From: Rhodoferax sp.
GTDB taxonomy: Bacteria; Pseudomonadota; Gammaproteobacteria; Burkholderiales; Burkholderiaceae_C
Direction of reading: 5' to 3'
Assembly: GCA_046598245.1 (NCBI GenBank)
Contig: JBKJJC010000040.1
Coordinates: 472-64,471, forward strand
Length of the DNA stretch: 64,000 bases
Made by a program: the position numbers and the translations under genes. The notes below the pieces were generated by a model. The model was not told the DNA's origin. It saw nothing but the letters and a program-made list of their open reading frames with translations, and made no database searches. Below, piece by piece: positions 40,719 to 49,496 of the stretch; the stretch's first letter is position 1; each line of letters starts with the position of its first letter.

Positions 40719-41606
40719 TTAGGCCCATTGAAACCGCCGCTGCGGCCAGATCCAGTTCCACAGCGGCACGGTCCAGCTCGCCAGGAACAACACCACAATC
40801 AAACCGTGCGGTTTGAACAGCATGAACTGCCATACAAACGCACCCACCGCCACCAGCACCGCATAGGCGATACGCACCCACTTACGCTGCGGCGTGGTCA
40901 TGGGGTCGGAGATCATGAAGAAAGCAAACAACAACACGGCGCCATTGCTGGCTTGCTGCAGCCACATGGCGGCGCCAGGGTCCCAGGCGTAGCCCAACAC
41001 CCACAGCCGCGTCGCGAGCAGCGTGGCCCAACTGAGCAAGAAAGCCAGCGACACATCCCACCGGCTGATACGTTGCGTCACCAACCCACCCAGAGCCATG
41101 AACCACAATGCGGCCAGGCTTTCAGACCCCCACTGCCCAGGGCTCAGCCAAGCACCGGGCAACCAAGCCCAGGCCGCAAAGGCTGCCAGATTGGCGGGGT
41201 TCAGCAAATGGCTCTTGCACTCTGCGGGGCCACCGCGGATCAGGTATTTGCTGCTCATCGCAGCGCAGGCCAGCACGGGGTGCACCCAGGCGTTTTCGGC
41301 ACGAACCAGAATACAAATGCCAAAGCTGGAAATCAGCGCACTGAGGTAGCCACCCAAGTTGCGTTTGCCGGGCAAATCCAGGCCCCATTGCCAGGCGGCC
41401 TGTGTCAGCACTGCCGCCCCAAAGGTCAGCAACACCTGCGAAAGAGTCAGCGCAAAGTCGCGCGCCAACGCGCCCAGGGTCAGAAAACTGGCCAGAAACA
41501 GGATTTGGAACCAGCGCGCGTCCAGTGCGCGCAGCCCCTGACCCATCCATAGGAGAAACTGGCCGCTAGCCCCCGTGGAATATGCTTGTTTCACTACAGT
41601 ATTCAT
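40719..41606 (-). CDS. RnfD/NqrB-like polytopic membrane protein
   Basis: SKY..HLLNPAN and FFMISDPMTTP motifs; no other rnf/nqr genes nearby. Confidence 0.75.
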   Translation of the reverse strand: MNTVVKQAYSTGASGQFLLWMGQGLRALDARWFQILFLASFLTLGALARDFALTLSQVLLTFGAAVLTQAAWQWGLDLPGKRNLGGYLSALISSFGICILVRAENAWVHPVLACAAMSSKYLIRGGPAECKSHLLNPANLAAFAAWAWLPGAWLSPGQWGSESLAALWFMALGGLVTQRISRWDVSLAFLLSWATLLATRLWVLGYAWDPGAAMWLQQASNGAVLLFAFFMISDPMTTPQRKWVRIAYAVLVAVGAFVWQFMLFKPHGLIVVLFLASWTVPLWNWIWPQRRFQWA

Positions 41607-41610
41607 AGCA
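41553..41610 (-). repeat. dispersed repeat family A, forms 5' end of the RnfD-like gene
   Basis: GGCCGCTAGCCCCCGTGG..CACTACAGTATTCATAGC; encodes MNTVVKQAYSTGASGQF. Confidence 0.8.
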
Positions 41611-41618
41611 AACCTCAC

Positions 41619-43331
41619 CTATTGGGTTTTGCTGCCAAACAGCGTTTCCCACCACGTCTTGGCCGGTGGGCTGCTCTGGACGCCGCTGACGGCAATGCCC
41701 GTGTACCGCTCGGCACCGGGCATCGCGGCTATGTCGCTCAGCTTCCATCCGGTCAGTTGGGCCAGGGTCAGCTTCTCGGCGTCCAGGCGCTTGGGCAGGT
41801 CTTGCTGGTAGTAGCGTGCCGCGCTGTTGATGCCCGCCTGCTTGGAGGCCACACAACTGCTGACGCAATCACGCTGCAGGGCCATCGGGTCTTTGTCGCG
41901 GTACAAAGCGCTTTGGCCCTCATACGGGGGCGCGGACAGCACCTGTGCCACGCGGGGTTTGCACATGGCCTCGCAGTCCATCTGCCCCACCTTGGCACTG
42001 CACTGGACGACGCTGCTGTCATACGGGTTTTGCACCACGTAGCGGGTCTGCCAGTTTTGGCGGTCCTTGGTCTGCGTGAACATCAAATCTTCGGGAAAAG
42101 TGTTGGGCGTGTAGCGCACATGCAGGCGGGTCAGCACCACGGGCTGGGCACCACCCCCCATGCCACGGGGCAAAATGCTTGGGATGGCGGGGCCGGGCGG
42201 CAGAGTCATAGCCTTGAAGTTGTCCTGCGCATTGCCGTCGGTCCAGAACACACCCGCTGCGCGCAGTTCTTCCTTGGTCAAGGGGTTGGCGGCACAGGGG
42301 TCGCACCAGGCCATGTCCCAAAAGTATTCGGTAAACACTACCCGGTGGTCTTCCTTGAGGGCCTGGTTGTCAAACAGCGCCTTGTAGAAATCCTGAAACT
42401 TCGGTTTGATGAAGAACGGAAGGTTGACATTGGCGGGCAGCTTGACTGTGCGGTAGTTGCTGCTCTCCACACGGCCCTCTTTGGTCAGCAGGTAGACGAT
42501 CAAGTCCTGCGGCTTGTCGGGCGCGGCGTTGACCATGCCCAGGCGCATGGGCAGCATGAACTTTTCGCTCTCAAATGCAAACTGCAGCGGGCGCAGCGTG
42601 GTGTAACCCGTCTTGAGTTGCTCCTTGAGGTTGACCTTGGCCACGAAGAACTTCATGCCCTGGTTGATATAGGGCTTGAGCGCGGCGCTGGCGCCCTTGG
42701 GGATCTTGTAGCCGTTTTCACCCAGCCAGGTTTCCAGCCCGTCGGACTGCGTGGCCGACAGGCTGACGATGTCGTATTCCTCCAGCGTGTACTGCGCCTC
42801 TACCGTCACGCCCAGAGCTTTGTCGCGCATCATCTCGCCCGCGTTGCGTGCCATTGCAGCGGGTGCAGCCATGGCTACCGGCATAGGCGGTCGGGGATAT
42901 GCGTCGCTACCCCAACTAAAGCGAACCTGACACGGGTCGTTGTCATGGTATTCCGCCAGGCGCGGGCTGCTGTATGCGTCCAACCGCTCGAACGTGAGCT
43001 TGTCAGCCACCCTAACCTGCCCCTTCTGCAGCGTGGTCGGGGTTGGCACCACCAGCGCAAATTCACTGAGCGGCCCCTTGTAGTCGTTGAGCATGGAGAG
43101 GACGGTGCGCTTGCCGTCGCGCACCACCACCACCTGGCTGGCCTCATTGAACAGATTGGCGTCTGCCTTGCCCGCATAAAAGCCGCAAAAGGCCTGAGCG
43201 GGTAGCGGCAAACAGGCCGCAAGGACCAGACCGCATAACGCGGCCTTGATGCGGTGGGACGTGCGCGATGGGCGCGATGGGCGCGATGGGCGCGATGGGC
43301 GCGATGGGCGGGACATTGGGTGGGCTTGCAT
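41619..43331 (-). CDS. secreted DUF2330-like protein
   Basis: AFCGFY after signal peptide, FA.VVP.P, PRLAEY.D.DPC, EY.WDM..CDPC and LTRLH.RY. Confidence 0.85.
   Translation of the reverse strand: MQAHPMSRPSRPSRPSRPSRPSRTSHRIKAALCGLVLAACLPLPAQAFCGFYAGKADANLFNEASQVVVVRDGKRTVLSMLNDYKGPLSEFALVVPTPTTLQKGQVRVADKLTFERLDAYSSPRLAEYHDNDPCQVRFSWGSDAYPRPPMPVAMAAPAAMARNAGEMMRDKALGVTVEAQYTLEEYDIVSLSATQSDGLETWLGENGYKIPKGASAALKPYINQGMKFFVAKVNLKEQLKTGYTTLRPLQFAFESEKFMLPMRLGMVNAAPDKPQDLIVYLLTKEGRVESSNYRTVKLPANVNLPFFIKPKFQDFYKALFDNQALKEDHRVVFTEYFWDMAWCDPCAANPLTKEELRAAGVFWTDGNAQDNFKAMTLPPGPAIPSILPRGMGGGAQPVVLTRLHVRYTPNTFPEDLMFTQTKDRQNWQTRYVVQNPYDSSVVQCSAKVGQMDCEAMCKPRVAQVLSAPPYEGQSALYRDKDPMALQRDCVSSCVASKQAGINSAARYYQQDLPKRLDAEKLTLAQLTGWKLSDIAAMPGAERYTGIAVSGVQSSPPAKTWWETLFGSKTQ
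43263..43307. repeat. 9-bp tandem repeat x5 (GCGCGATGG) encoding SRP repeats
   Basis: five exact copies directly visible. Confidence 0.95.
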
Positions 43332-43414
43332 GGGGTGCCTTTCAGGGTTGCTGGTTCAGCTTAAACGAACACAACAGGGAAATGGGGTTAAACCGATTCC
43401 TCTTTTTTTGCACG

Positions 43415-43502
43415 CCGTTCATCTCGGTAATTACCCTAGGCATCACGCCCAACCGCAGTTCGTCACAAACCGGGTGCATTCGCCATTTGGCGGAAATACA
43501 TT
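43415..43502 (+). promoter_or_regulatory. promoter region conserved with 55925-56012: GTGCAT-N17-TACATT plus upstream C.GTTC.TC boxes
   Basis: same elements and spacing in both copies. Confidence 0.6.
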
Positions 43503-43544
43503 CTCTTCAACGGGCCGCAGTGGCCTGAATTTGGAGAAAGAAAA

Positions 43545-43736
43545 ATGTACACATCCTCGAACCGCACTTCTCGCCTGGCTGGCTTCGTGTTTGCAGTCGT
43601 GATGGCTGTTGCCGTCAACAGCAGCGTGCTGATGACATTTGACAGCGTTGCCACCGATGCCTACCTGGCGCAAACCACCCAGACCCGCACTGTAGCGGTG
43701 CTGGAAACTGTGACCATTGTTGGCCGCCGCATATAA
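43545..43736 (+). CDS. 63-aa small membrane-anchored or secreted protein, paralog 1
   Basis: GGAG RBS; 38/63 identical to 56055-56246; C-terminal VAVLETVTIVGRR. Confidence 0.85.
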   Translation: MYTSSNRTSRLAGFVFAVVMAVAVNSSVLMTFDSVATDAYLAQTTQTRTVAVLETVTIVGRRI

Positions 43737-43786
43737 GACCTGGCAGCTATTGCAGGTGCGCGCGATGCGCATAGCGTGCAACGTTG

Positions 43787-43849
43787 GCTCCTATATTTAT
43801 AGCAAAGTTATCATATTTCACGGGAGCTATAGGCCTGTTATTCATAAAA
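43787..43849 (+). repeat. dispersed repeat family A
   Basis: GCTCCTATATTTATAGC..CACGGGAGCTATAGGCC. Confidence 0.75.
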
Positions 43850-43895
43850 TGCCGCGTAGCGAGGCTACCGGAGCTTGCCCACACATAATGCCGAC

Positions 43896-44681
43896 ATGAT
43901 GAGTATCTGGACAGACCCCAACGCATGGCACTGGCTTGGCAGAGCCTTCACCGCCAACTTTGTGCGCGAGGCTGTGTACTACCTGGTGGCCGCCCTGCTG
44001 CTGTGGCTGGTGGTGCACAAGTGGCTGCACAAACGCCTGGCGCACCGCGTGATTGCCGGCTGGCCCACCAGCACCGATGTGCGTCGCGAGATAACATATT
44101 CATTCTCAACATTGTTGATCTTCTCGGCCCAGGGCCTGGTGGTGTTTGCCAGCATCTTGCGCGGTGACATGGTCATCTACTTCAAGCCCGGCCAATACGG
44201 CTACTTGTGGCTGGCGCTCAGCTTGCCTGCCATGCTGCTGTGGCATGACTTCTACTTTTACTGGACGCACCGCCTGCTGCACAGCCGCTGGCTGTTTCGC
44301 CGCGTGCATGGTGTGCACCACCGCTCGCGCAACCCGTCGCCCTGGGCGGCGTATGCCTTCCACCCCATCGAGGCATTCATCAACAGTCTGGTGACACCGC
44401 TGGCGCTGATGGTGGTACCGCTGCACGGCCTGGTGCTGCTGGCCTTCACCTTCCACCAGATTCTGCGCAATGCCCACGGGCACTTGTCGATAGAAACGAT
44501 GCCGCGCGGCTTCGCCCGCCACTGGTTGGGTGGGCGCTTCACTACGACGACACACCACCATTTGCACCACGAGACGGCGCAGGGCAACTATGGGCTGTGG
44601 TTTACCTGGTGGGATCGGTGGATGGGGACCGAGCGGGGGGATTACCACGCGCGGTTTGAGAAGGTGACGGGGAAGGCCTAG
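43896..44681 (+). CDS. sterol desaturase / fatty acid hydroxylase family protein
   Basis: His boxes HRLLH, HGVHH, HGH and HHHLHH; NYG..F..WDR. Confidence 0.9.
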   Translation: MMSIWTDPNAWHWLGRAFTANFVREAVYYLVAALLLWLVVHKWLHKRLAHRVIAGWPTSTDVRREITYSFSTLLIFSAQGLVVFASILRGDMVIYFKPGQYGYLWLALSLPAMLLWHDFYFYWTHRLLHSRWLFRRVHGVHHRSRNPSPWAAYAFHPIEAFINSLVTPLALMVVPLHGLVLLAFTFHQILRNAHGHLSIETMPRGFARHWLGGRFTTTTHHHLHHETAQGNYGLWFTWWDRWMGTERGDYHARFEKVTGKA

Positions 44682-44713
44682 CGGACGGTTCAACGTGCCG
44701 CACCGCCGTCTGC

Positions 44714-46549
44714 TTATGCGCGCAGGGAAATCCGTACGATCTCTTGCCCGTATCTGTAATGCAACCCCGAAGGCAACGCAAACACACGGTGCTCGTGCGT
44801 CAGCCCGCTATTGCGCACCAGCTTGACCGTACTGCTGGCTTGCTTGGCGCTGAACACGGCCAGTTCGCCGTTGGCCAGCACTTCGATGCCAATGCCATGC
44901 TGATTGACCGCGATGTTAAACGTCAACTCGTCTGTAGGCTCAGTCGCTGTGATCTCAAAGCCTTGCAGCCCACCGCGTCTATTCAAAGTCAAGCGGTAGG
45001 CTTGACCGTCTGCGCGGCTGTAGGCCAGCGCCAGCACGCTGTCAGGCGAGACCATGAAGGCGTCCACCAACCGGTAGGCTCTCAAACCGCTGGCCTTGTC
45101 CACGCGCACGCTGTCACCTGCGGGCATCACCAGGAATGGCGTGCCCAGTGCGTCGAACACGGCCATGGTGGCAAACACGGCTGCAGCCTGGGCCAGGAAG
45201 GGCCAACTGTCGCGCACCGACAGCACGGTTTGGGCACCCATCTGGTCCACGGCAATTTCCGTCAGGCCGCGGTCGCTGTTGGCGTTGACCGCAAAGAGGC
45301 GGTTACCGAAGGTGACCAGGCGCTGGGCTAGGCTGGGCAGGAGTTTGGCGTCTTGGGTAGCGGTCAGCGGAGCGGGGTCGCGCTCCGCGGGAACCTGGTG
45401 GCCGGTGATGCCGTTGCTCTGCGGGTTGGTGCTGCTGTTGTTCAAAGATGCATAGAACAAGCCGCCCACGCAGCGCACCAGCGCGGCCAGGCCGTGGTGC
45501 AGCGCTTCCAACTGCGGCGGGGTGAGGCTGGGCAGGTTTTGCTGGCGTTGCAGGTCGTATGCATGCATACGACCCCCGCCAATGGGATCACACCACAAGA
45601 CAACGCCGCAGCTCAACACTTCGACCACATTGCCGTCCAGGTGCACCAGCACGTCGTGGCTGACGGTTTGGCTGGTGGGCGTGCGCGTGGCGCGTATTGG
45701 TGCGGAGACTACGCGGGCTGCGTGCACGCCGGGTGGTGCGCTGCGCAGGCCGTTTTGGAAAACGTCGCGGTACCAATCCAGCAGCGCGCCGGGCCAGGTG
45801 GCGTAGTCGCGCACGCCGGTATTGACCGACACGCGAGGGTCGAACACCGATACGTTGGCCAGCATGCGCGCGTGCAAATCACCACGCTTGAAATCGGGGT
45901 GCACGCCCTTGTAGGGGTGTATGCCGGCCAGCACCTGGAAGCTGACTACGGCCCATGAGAACCAGTCGGTCAGCGGCGTGAAGTCGTTGCTGTGTACATC
46001 GCGTATGGACGGCATGATGGCGCTGGCCTTGTACGGGCCTATCTGCCAACTGTCTATATCCAGCAGGCGGGGCGCGGTGCCGTCGGCCAGGTAGTTCATC
46101 TCATTGGCATCTACCAGAACGGCGCCAGCCTGGTGTGCGGCTTCTACAGCCAGGCGCATGTTTTCGACCAGCGCCAGAGATTCCCGCAGACCAAAGTTGT
46201 TGGGGTCACGCCAGGCATTGGTAAAGGTCTTGACAAGGGGTACGCCGTTGGCCTGCGGCATGTAGAAGCCCACCACTTCGTGCAGGGCGTTGTGCAAAAC
46301 GTCGGTGGGTGCCACGATGTGTGGATGCTGGATGGCTTGCAACAGCTTGAGCTTGTCTTCAATGCCACGGGCGCGTGCACCTGCTGGGTCCAGGTAGAGC
46401 TTGTAGACATAACCGCCCTTGGCATAGACCACGCCTTCGCCGCCGGTGGCCAGGTAGTCGGTTTGCGTGAGGGCTACTTCGCCTTTGCCGGGCAAGAACA
46501 CACGCAAGGGGGATTGGCCGCTGAGGTGCAGGCTTGTGGTCGTGCTCAC
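44714..46549 (-). CDS. Ser/Thr-type protein kinase with beta-rich C-terminal region
   Basis: GGEGVVY loop, VYK, D.NEMN catalytic loop, LDIDS, TDWFS; GTG start just after the PP2C stop. Confidence 0.85.
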   Translation of the reverse strand: MSTTTSLHLSGQSPLRVFLPGKGEVALTQTDYLATGGEGVVYAKGGYVYKLYLDPAGARARGIEDKLKLLQAIQHPHIVAPTDVLHNALHEVVGFYMPQANGVPLVKTFTNAWRDPNNFGLRESLALVENMRLAVEAAHQAGAVLVDANEMNYLADGTAPRLLDIDSWQIGPYKASAIMPSIRDVHSNDFTPLTDWFSWAVVSFQVLAGIHPYKGVHPDFKRGDLHARMLANVSVFDPRVSVNTGVRDYATWPGALLDWYRDVFQNGLRSAPPGVHAARVVSAPIRATRTPTSQTVSHDVLVHLDGNVVEVLSCGVVLWCDPIGGGRMHAYDLQRQQNLPSLTPPQLEALHHGLAALVRCVGGLFYASLNNSSTNPQSNGITGHQVPAERDPAPLTATQDAKLLPSLAQRLVTFGNRLFAVNANSDRGLTEIAVDQMGAQTVLSVRDSWPFLAQAAAVFATMAVFDALGTPFLVMPAGDSVRVDKASGLRAYRLVDAFMVSPDSVLALAYSRADGQAYRLTLNRRGGLQGFEITATEPTDELTFNIAVNQHGIGIEVLANGELAVFSAKQASSTVKLVRNSGLTHEHRVFALPSGLHYRYGQEIVRISLRA

Positions 46550-46557
46550 GGTGCGCC

Positions 46558-47484
46558 CTATTCCCGTTGCAATCGTGGCCCCCACGCTCCGCCGCTGCGC
46601 GGGTCGCTGCCCCCCGAGGGGGGTGTTTGGCAAAACCCCAAGTCCACGCCTTGGGGCGGCCCGGCGGTGAAACGGGCCAGTGCGGCTATGGAGAAGTCGT
46701 CTTGCGGGGTGTGGCCGCTTTTTCCCCACTGCGCCAGGGCCTTCATGGCGCGGCGCTTCACAAAACTGCCTTCGTAGTTTTTGAAAGCCAGGCAGGCGGT
46801 GGCTGCGTCCAGCGATACAAGCTTGCTGACCTGGCCTATGCCGTCGGTGTAGATGGCCAGGGCCGTGGTGTTGGTCAGGTCTAGCTCTTTGGTCCAGCCT
46901 TGGAGGAAGTCTTGGGCAGGTATCTCGCGGGCGGTGCAGTCTGCGTCTGAGGTTTTGGTAGTTAGTTGCACGCTGAGTGTGCCATTGGCTGCGGATGCGC
47001 TGAACTGTGCGGCCACTGTGGGTTGAATGCAATAGCCCAGGTAGTACGGGGCGTTGTCGGGCCAGGAGGCTTCGGTGATTTGCACGGTGCCGTTGGTGAG
47101 GCGCGTGGCGTAGGCTCCGTCACCGGCCATGAAGAGTTTGGCGGTGGTGGTATTGGCGCAGAAGGCGACGATGCTGGCCAAGTAGTCTTGTGCTATGCCG
47201 CCCAGGGGCATGGTCAACAGCCGGGTGCGGATGCGTTGCACGAATTCTTGTGTGAAGCAGTCGTCCAACGAAGTTGTGCCTTGCAGCTCTGCTTCCATGG
47301 CCAAGGCCAGTACGCGGGCGCCCAGATCGGTGCGGGCGTTGGCGCCGGAGCAGCCGTCGGTGACGATGCCGTAGACGCGGCCATCGCTGAGCTTGCCTGA
47401 GATTGCGTAGTCTTGGCAGGGCTCGCCGGCTGGGGCGTGGGTGGTGCCTATGGTGAAGTAGTGGTCTACGCTTAGTGTTGGCAT
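46558..47484 (-). CDS. PP2C-family protein phosphatase
   Basis: CQD, TDGCSG, GDG, TDG and DD motifs. Confidence 0.88.
   Translation of the reverse strand: MPTLSVDHYFTIGTTHAPAGEPCQDYAISGKLSDGRVYGIVTDGCSGANARTDLGARVLALAMEAELQGTTSLDDCFTQEFVQRIRTRLLTMPLGGIAQDYLASIVAFCANTTTAKLFMAGDGAYATRLTNGTVQITEASWPDNAPYYLGYCIQPTVAAQFSASAANGTLSVQLTTKTSDADCTAREIPAQDFLQGWTKELDLTNTTALAIYTDGIGQVSKLVSLDAATACLAFKNYEGSFVKRRAMKALAQWGKSGHTPQDDFSIAALARFTAGPPQGVDLGFCQTPPSGGSDPRSGGAWGPRLQRE
46579..46670 (+). repeat. palindromic repeat family B, in frame in the PP2C C-terminus
   Basis: CCCCCACGCTCCGCCGCTGCGCGGGTCGCTGCCCCCCGAGGGGG..CCTTGGGGCGGCCCGGCG; related to 1358-1429. Confidence 0.7.
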
Positions 47485-47514
47485 GGTTTGAGGCCGGTTG
47501 GTTGGTACGCGTAC

Positions 47515-47576
47515 GCAGAAAATGGGGTCAGAGCACACGTGCGCTTCGCTCCCGGTGATCCGACCCCAATTTCTGC
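47515..47576. repeat. REP-like hairpin between vWA and PP2C genes
   Basis: GCAGAAAATGGGGTCAGAGCAC..GTGATCCGACCCCAATTTCTGC. Confidence 0.75.
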
Positions 47577-47621
47577 TAGGTGATCGGACTGCCAGCGCTT
47601 CTATGCTCCACGCCATTCACT

Positions 47622-48347
47622 TCAAAAGACCAGCGTTTGGCTGGCGCCGCCGGTGCCCAGGCTTTGGGATTGGGCGGAGATGCTGCGGGATACGAACTGG
47701 GCCAGTTGCGCAAGCTTGGCGGGGGTGGCGTCGCCCACGTCTACGTATTGGGTGAGGCCCGCATCGTCCTTGAAGGCTTGCAGTGGGCCGCAGTAGCAGC
47801 TGGCGTTGATGCCGACCAAAATTACGTTGAGTGACTCCAGCCTTTCGTGTTGCACGCCGCGCACTACCTCGGCGGCCACATCGCTGGTGGTGTAGTGCGA
47901 GCAGTTGTCGTCACCATCGGTCACCACCACGACCAGGCCGTTGACGCTGAAGTCTTGGTCGCTGAGCATGCGGGCGTATTCGTTGGTGGCCATCACGGCG
48001 TTGCGCGTGGCGTCGATCAGCGCGGTGGAGCCGCTGCAGCGCGGGGCCTTGTAGACGGCAGGGTCCACGCGGGTTAACTCGGTGAAGCCGTGTTCCTCGT
48101 CCACGCGTTCGTTGAACTCGGTGCTGCGCAACATCAGGTAATCAGCACGCGGGCTGCGGTGGCAGGCTTGCACAACGGCCTGCTTCATGGCCAGCAGTTG
48201 CTTCTCAAACCCGCTGACGCTGCCGGTCTTGTCGATGACCAATGTCACCAGCGTGTATTCGGTGGAACCCAGTTTGTCAGGCCGCACACCCGAGAACGAG
48301 AAGTTCGCAATCTGCGTGGTCTGCATGGTGGTGTCTATCAGTTTCAT
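47622..48347 (-). CDS. vWA domain protein (TerY-like)
   Basis: MIDAS-like DKTGS, TALID and VTDG; GGAG RBS. Confidence 0.85.
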   Translation of the reverse strand: MKLIDTTMQTTQIANFSFSGVRPDKLGSTEYTLVTLVIDKTGSVSGFEKQLLAMKQAVVQACHRSPRADYLMLRSTEFNERVDEEHGFTELTRVDPAVYKAPRCSGSTALIDATRNAVMATNEYARMLSDQDFSVNGLVVVVTDGDDNCSHYTTSDVAAEVVRGVQHERLESLNVILVGINASCYCGPLQAFKDDAGLTQYVDVGDATPAKLAQLAQFVSRSISAQSQSLGTGGASQTLVF

Positions 48348-48461
48348 GTTTACTCTCCGGTTAATGGATGGACGAGGACTGGGTTGGTACCCAGAAGGAC
48401 GCACCTTTCCCCACCGCGCATTTGCGCAGCCACTTCGGGTGGCGTCCAAAGGGGTTGTTGC

Positions 48462-49316
48462 TTAGAGCATGTAGTCCGTCGAGCGCGCAGTCTTCATCCC
48501 GCGGGCTTGCATCTCGGCCACGAAGTCAAGGCCCAGTTGCTCAAAGCCGCCCACGCTGTTGCAGCAGTCGGTCAGCAGCACCAACTTCTTGATGTTGTCT
48601 TCGCCGAAGTTGCTGGCAATGTCGCGCACGGTGTTAGCCACGCAGTGCGACAGCGCCTCACCTGCGACCACCACCACGTCTGCATCCGACAGCGTACGGA
48701 TTAGCCGGCTGTTGAGCAACGTGCCGGGGTCCGATGGGTCGGGCACTTCGGCCTGCACCGCAGAGTAGTGCTCGGTAAAGGGGTTGGAGCCCTTGGTCAC
48801 ATAGTCCACCACATCCAGCTTTTTGCGCGCCCAGGCGTCTAAAGAATGCGCCACGGTAGCATGCACGTTGTGACCCCAGTGGCCAATCAGGCAATGCTCG
48901 GGCCACACCACCAACGCATAACGTTGGGCTGATTCCAATTGCTCCACGTACTGGCGGCTGCGTTCTTGCAACAGCGGATTGCGCGAACGCCACAGGCCGG
49001 CCTCAATGTCTTTGGCAGTGATGACGGTAAAGGGAGCGGGCGCCTGACCCTTGTCATTGGTCCACCAGGTGGGGTGGGCGATGTCGATGGGGTTATGCGA
49101 ATCCAGCGTGACGTGGATGTCAAACAGCTTGTTGCCTGCGCGGTCGATGAAGGCGGCCAAGCGTTTCATGTCCTGATCCGCACCGGTGACAGGCAAGGTG
49201 GGCGCCAGCTTGCGGCCAGCGGCCAGCGGATCGGCGGGTTGCTCGGCCACAGGGATGTCGCAAAAGTCGTTTTGCGGATCGATGATGAGCAGGTGAACTT
49301 TGGTCGATGTCTTCAT
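48462..49316 (-). CDS. pncA: nicotinamidase-like cysteine hydrolase (isochorismatase family)
   Basis: IDPQNDF, DSH...H, WPEHC, KG and GEALSHCV; NrtR context; substrate inferred. Confidence 0.8.
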   Translation of the reverse strand: MKTSTKVHLLIIDPQNDFCDIPVAEQPADPLAAGRKLAPTLPVTGADQDMKRLAAFIDRAGNKLFDIHVTLDSHNPIDIAHPTWWTNDKGQAPAPFTVITAKDIEAGLWRSRNPLLQERSRQYVEQLESAQRYALVVWPEHCLIGHWGHNVHATVAHSLDAWARKKLDVVDYVTKGSNPFTEHYSAVQAEVPDPSDPGTLLNSRLIRTLSDADVVVVAGEALSHCVANTVRDIASNFGEDNIKKLVLLTDCCNSVGGFEQLGLDFVAEMQARGMKTARSTDYML

Positions 49317-49349
49317 GGTGAGAGCCCCTTTCGGTATGGTGATGGAGTC

Positions 49350-49385
49350 AGTATAGAATAGTTATTTGCATTTTACAATTAACTA
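49350..49385 (-). promoter_or_regulatory. putative NrtR operator (49359-49385) overlapping sigma70 promoter of the pncA-vWA-PP2C-kinase operon
   Basis: palindrome TAGTTATTTGCATTTTACAATTAACTA; minus strand TTGTAA-N17-TATACT. Confidence 0.88.
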
Positions 49386-49496
49386 TTTACTGGTCATGGA
49401 GATTTCGATTGGCTCAGAGCTTTATAAACAAAGGGGCTATAAGGCGCTGGCAATGGGGTGCACAGCGTCTTTGTTAGTGGCTAAAATGAAAAAACC

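Noticed and set aside
46550-47032. 161-aa N-terminal extension of the kinase ORF overlapping the PP2C gene
   Set aside because: Overlaps PP2C in another frame with no recognisable content; GTG at 46549 just after the PP2C stop is the more plausible start
49425-49446. Additional family A repeat copy upstream of nrtR (AAAGGGGCTATAAGGC)
   Set aside because: Only a weak partial core match and no GCTAT..ATAGC arm
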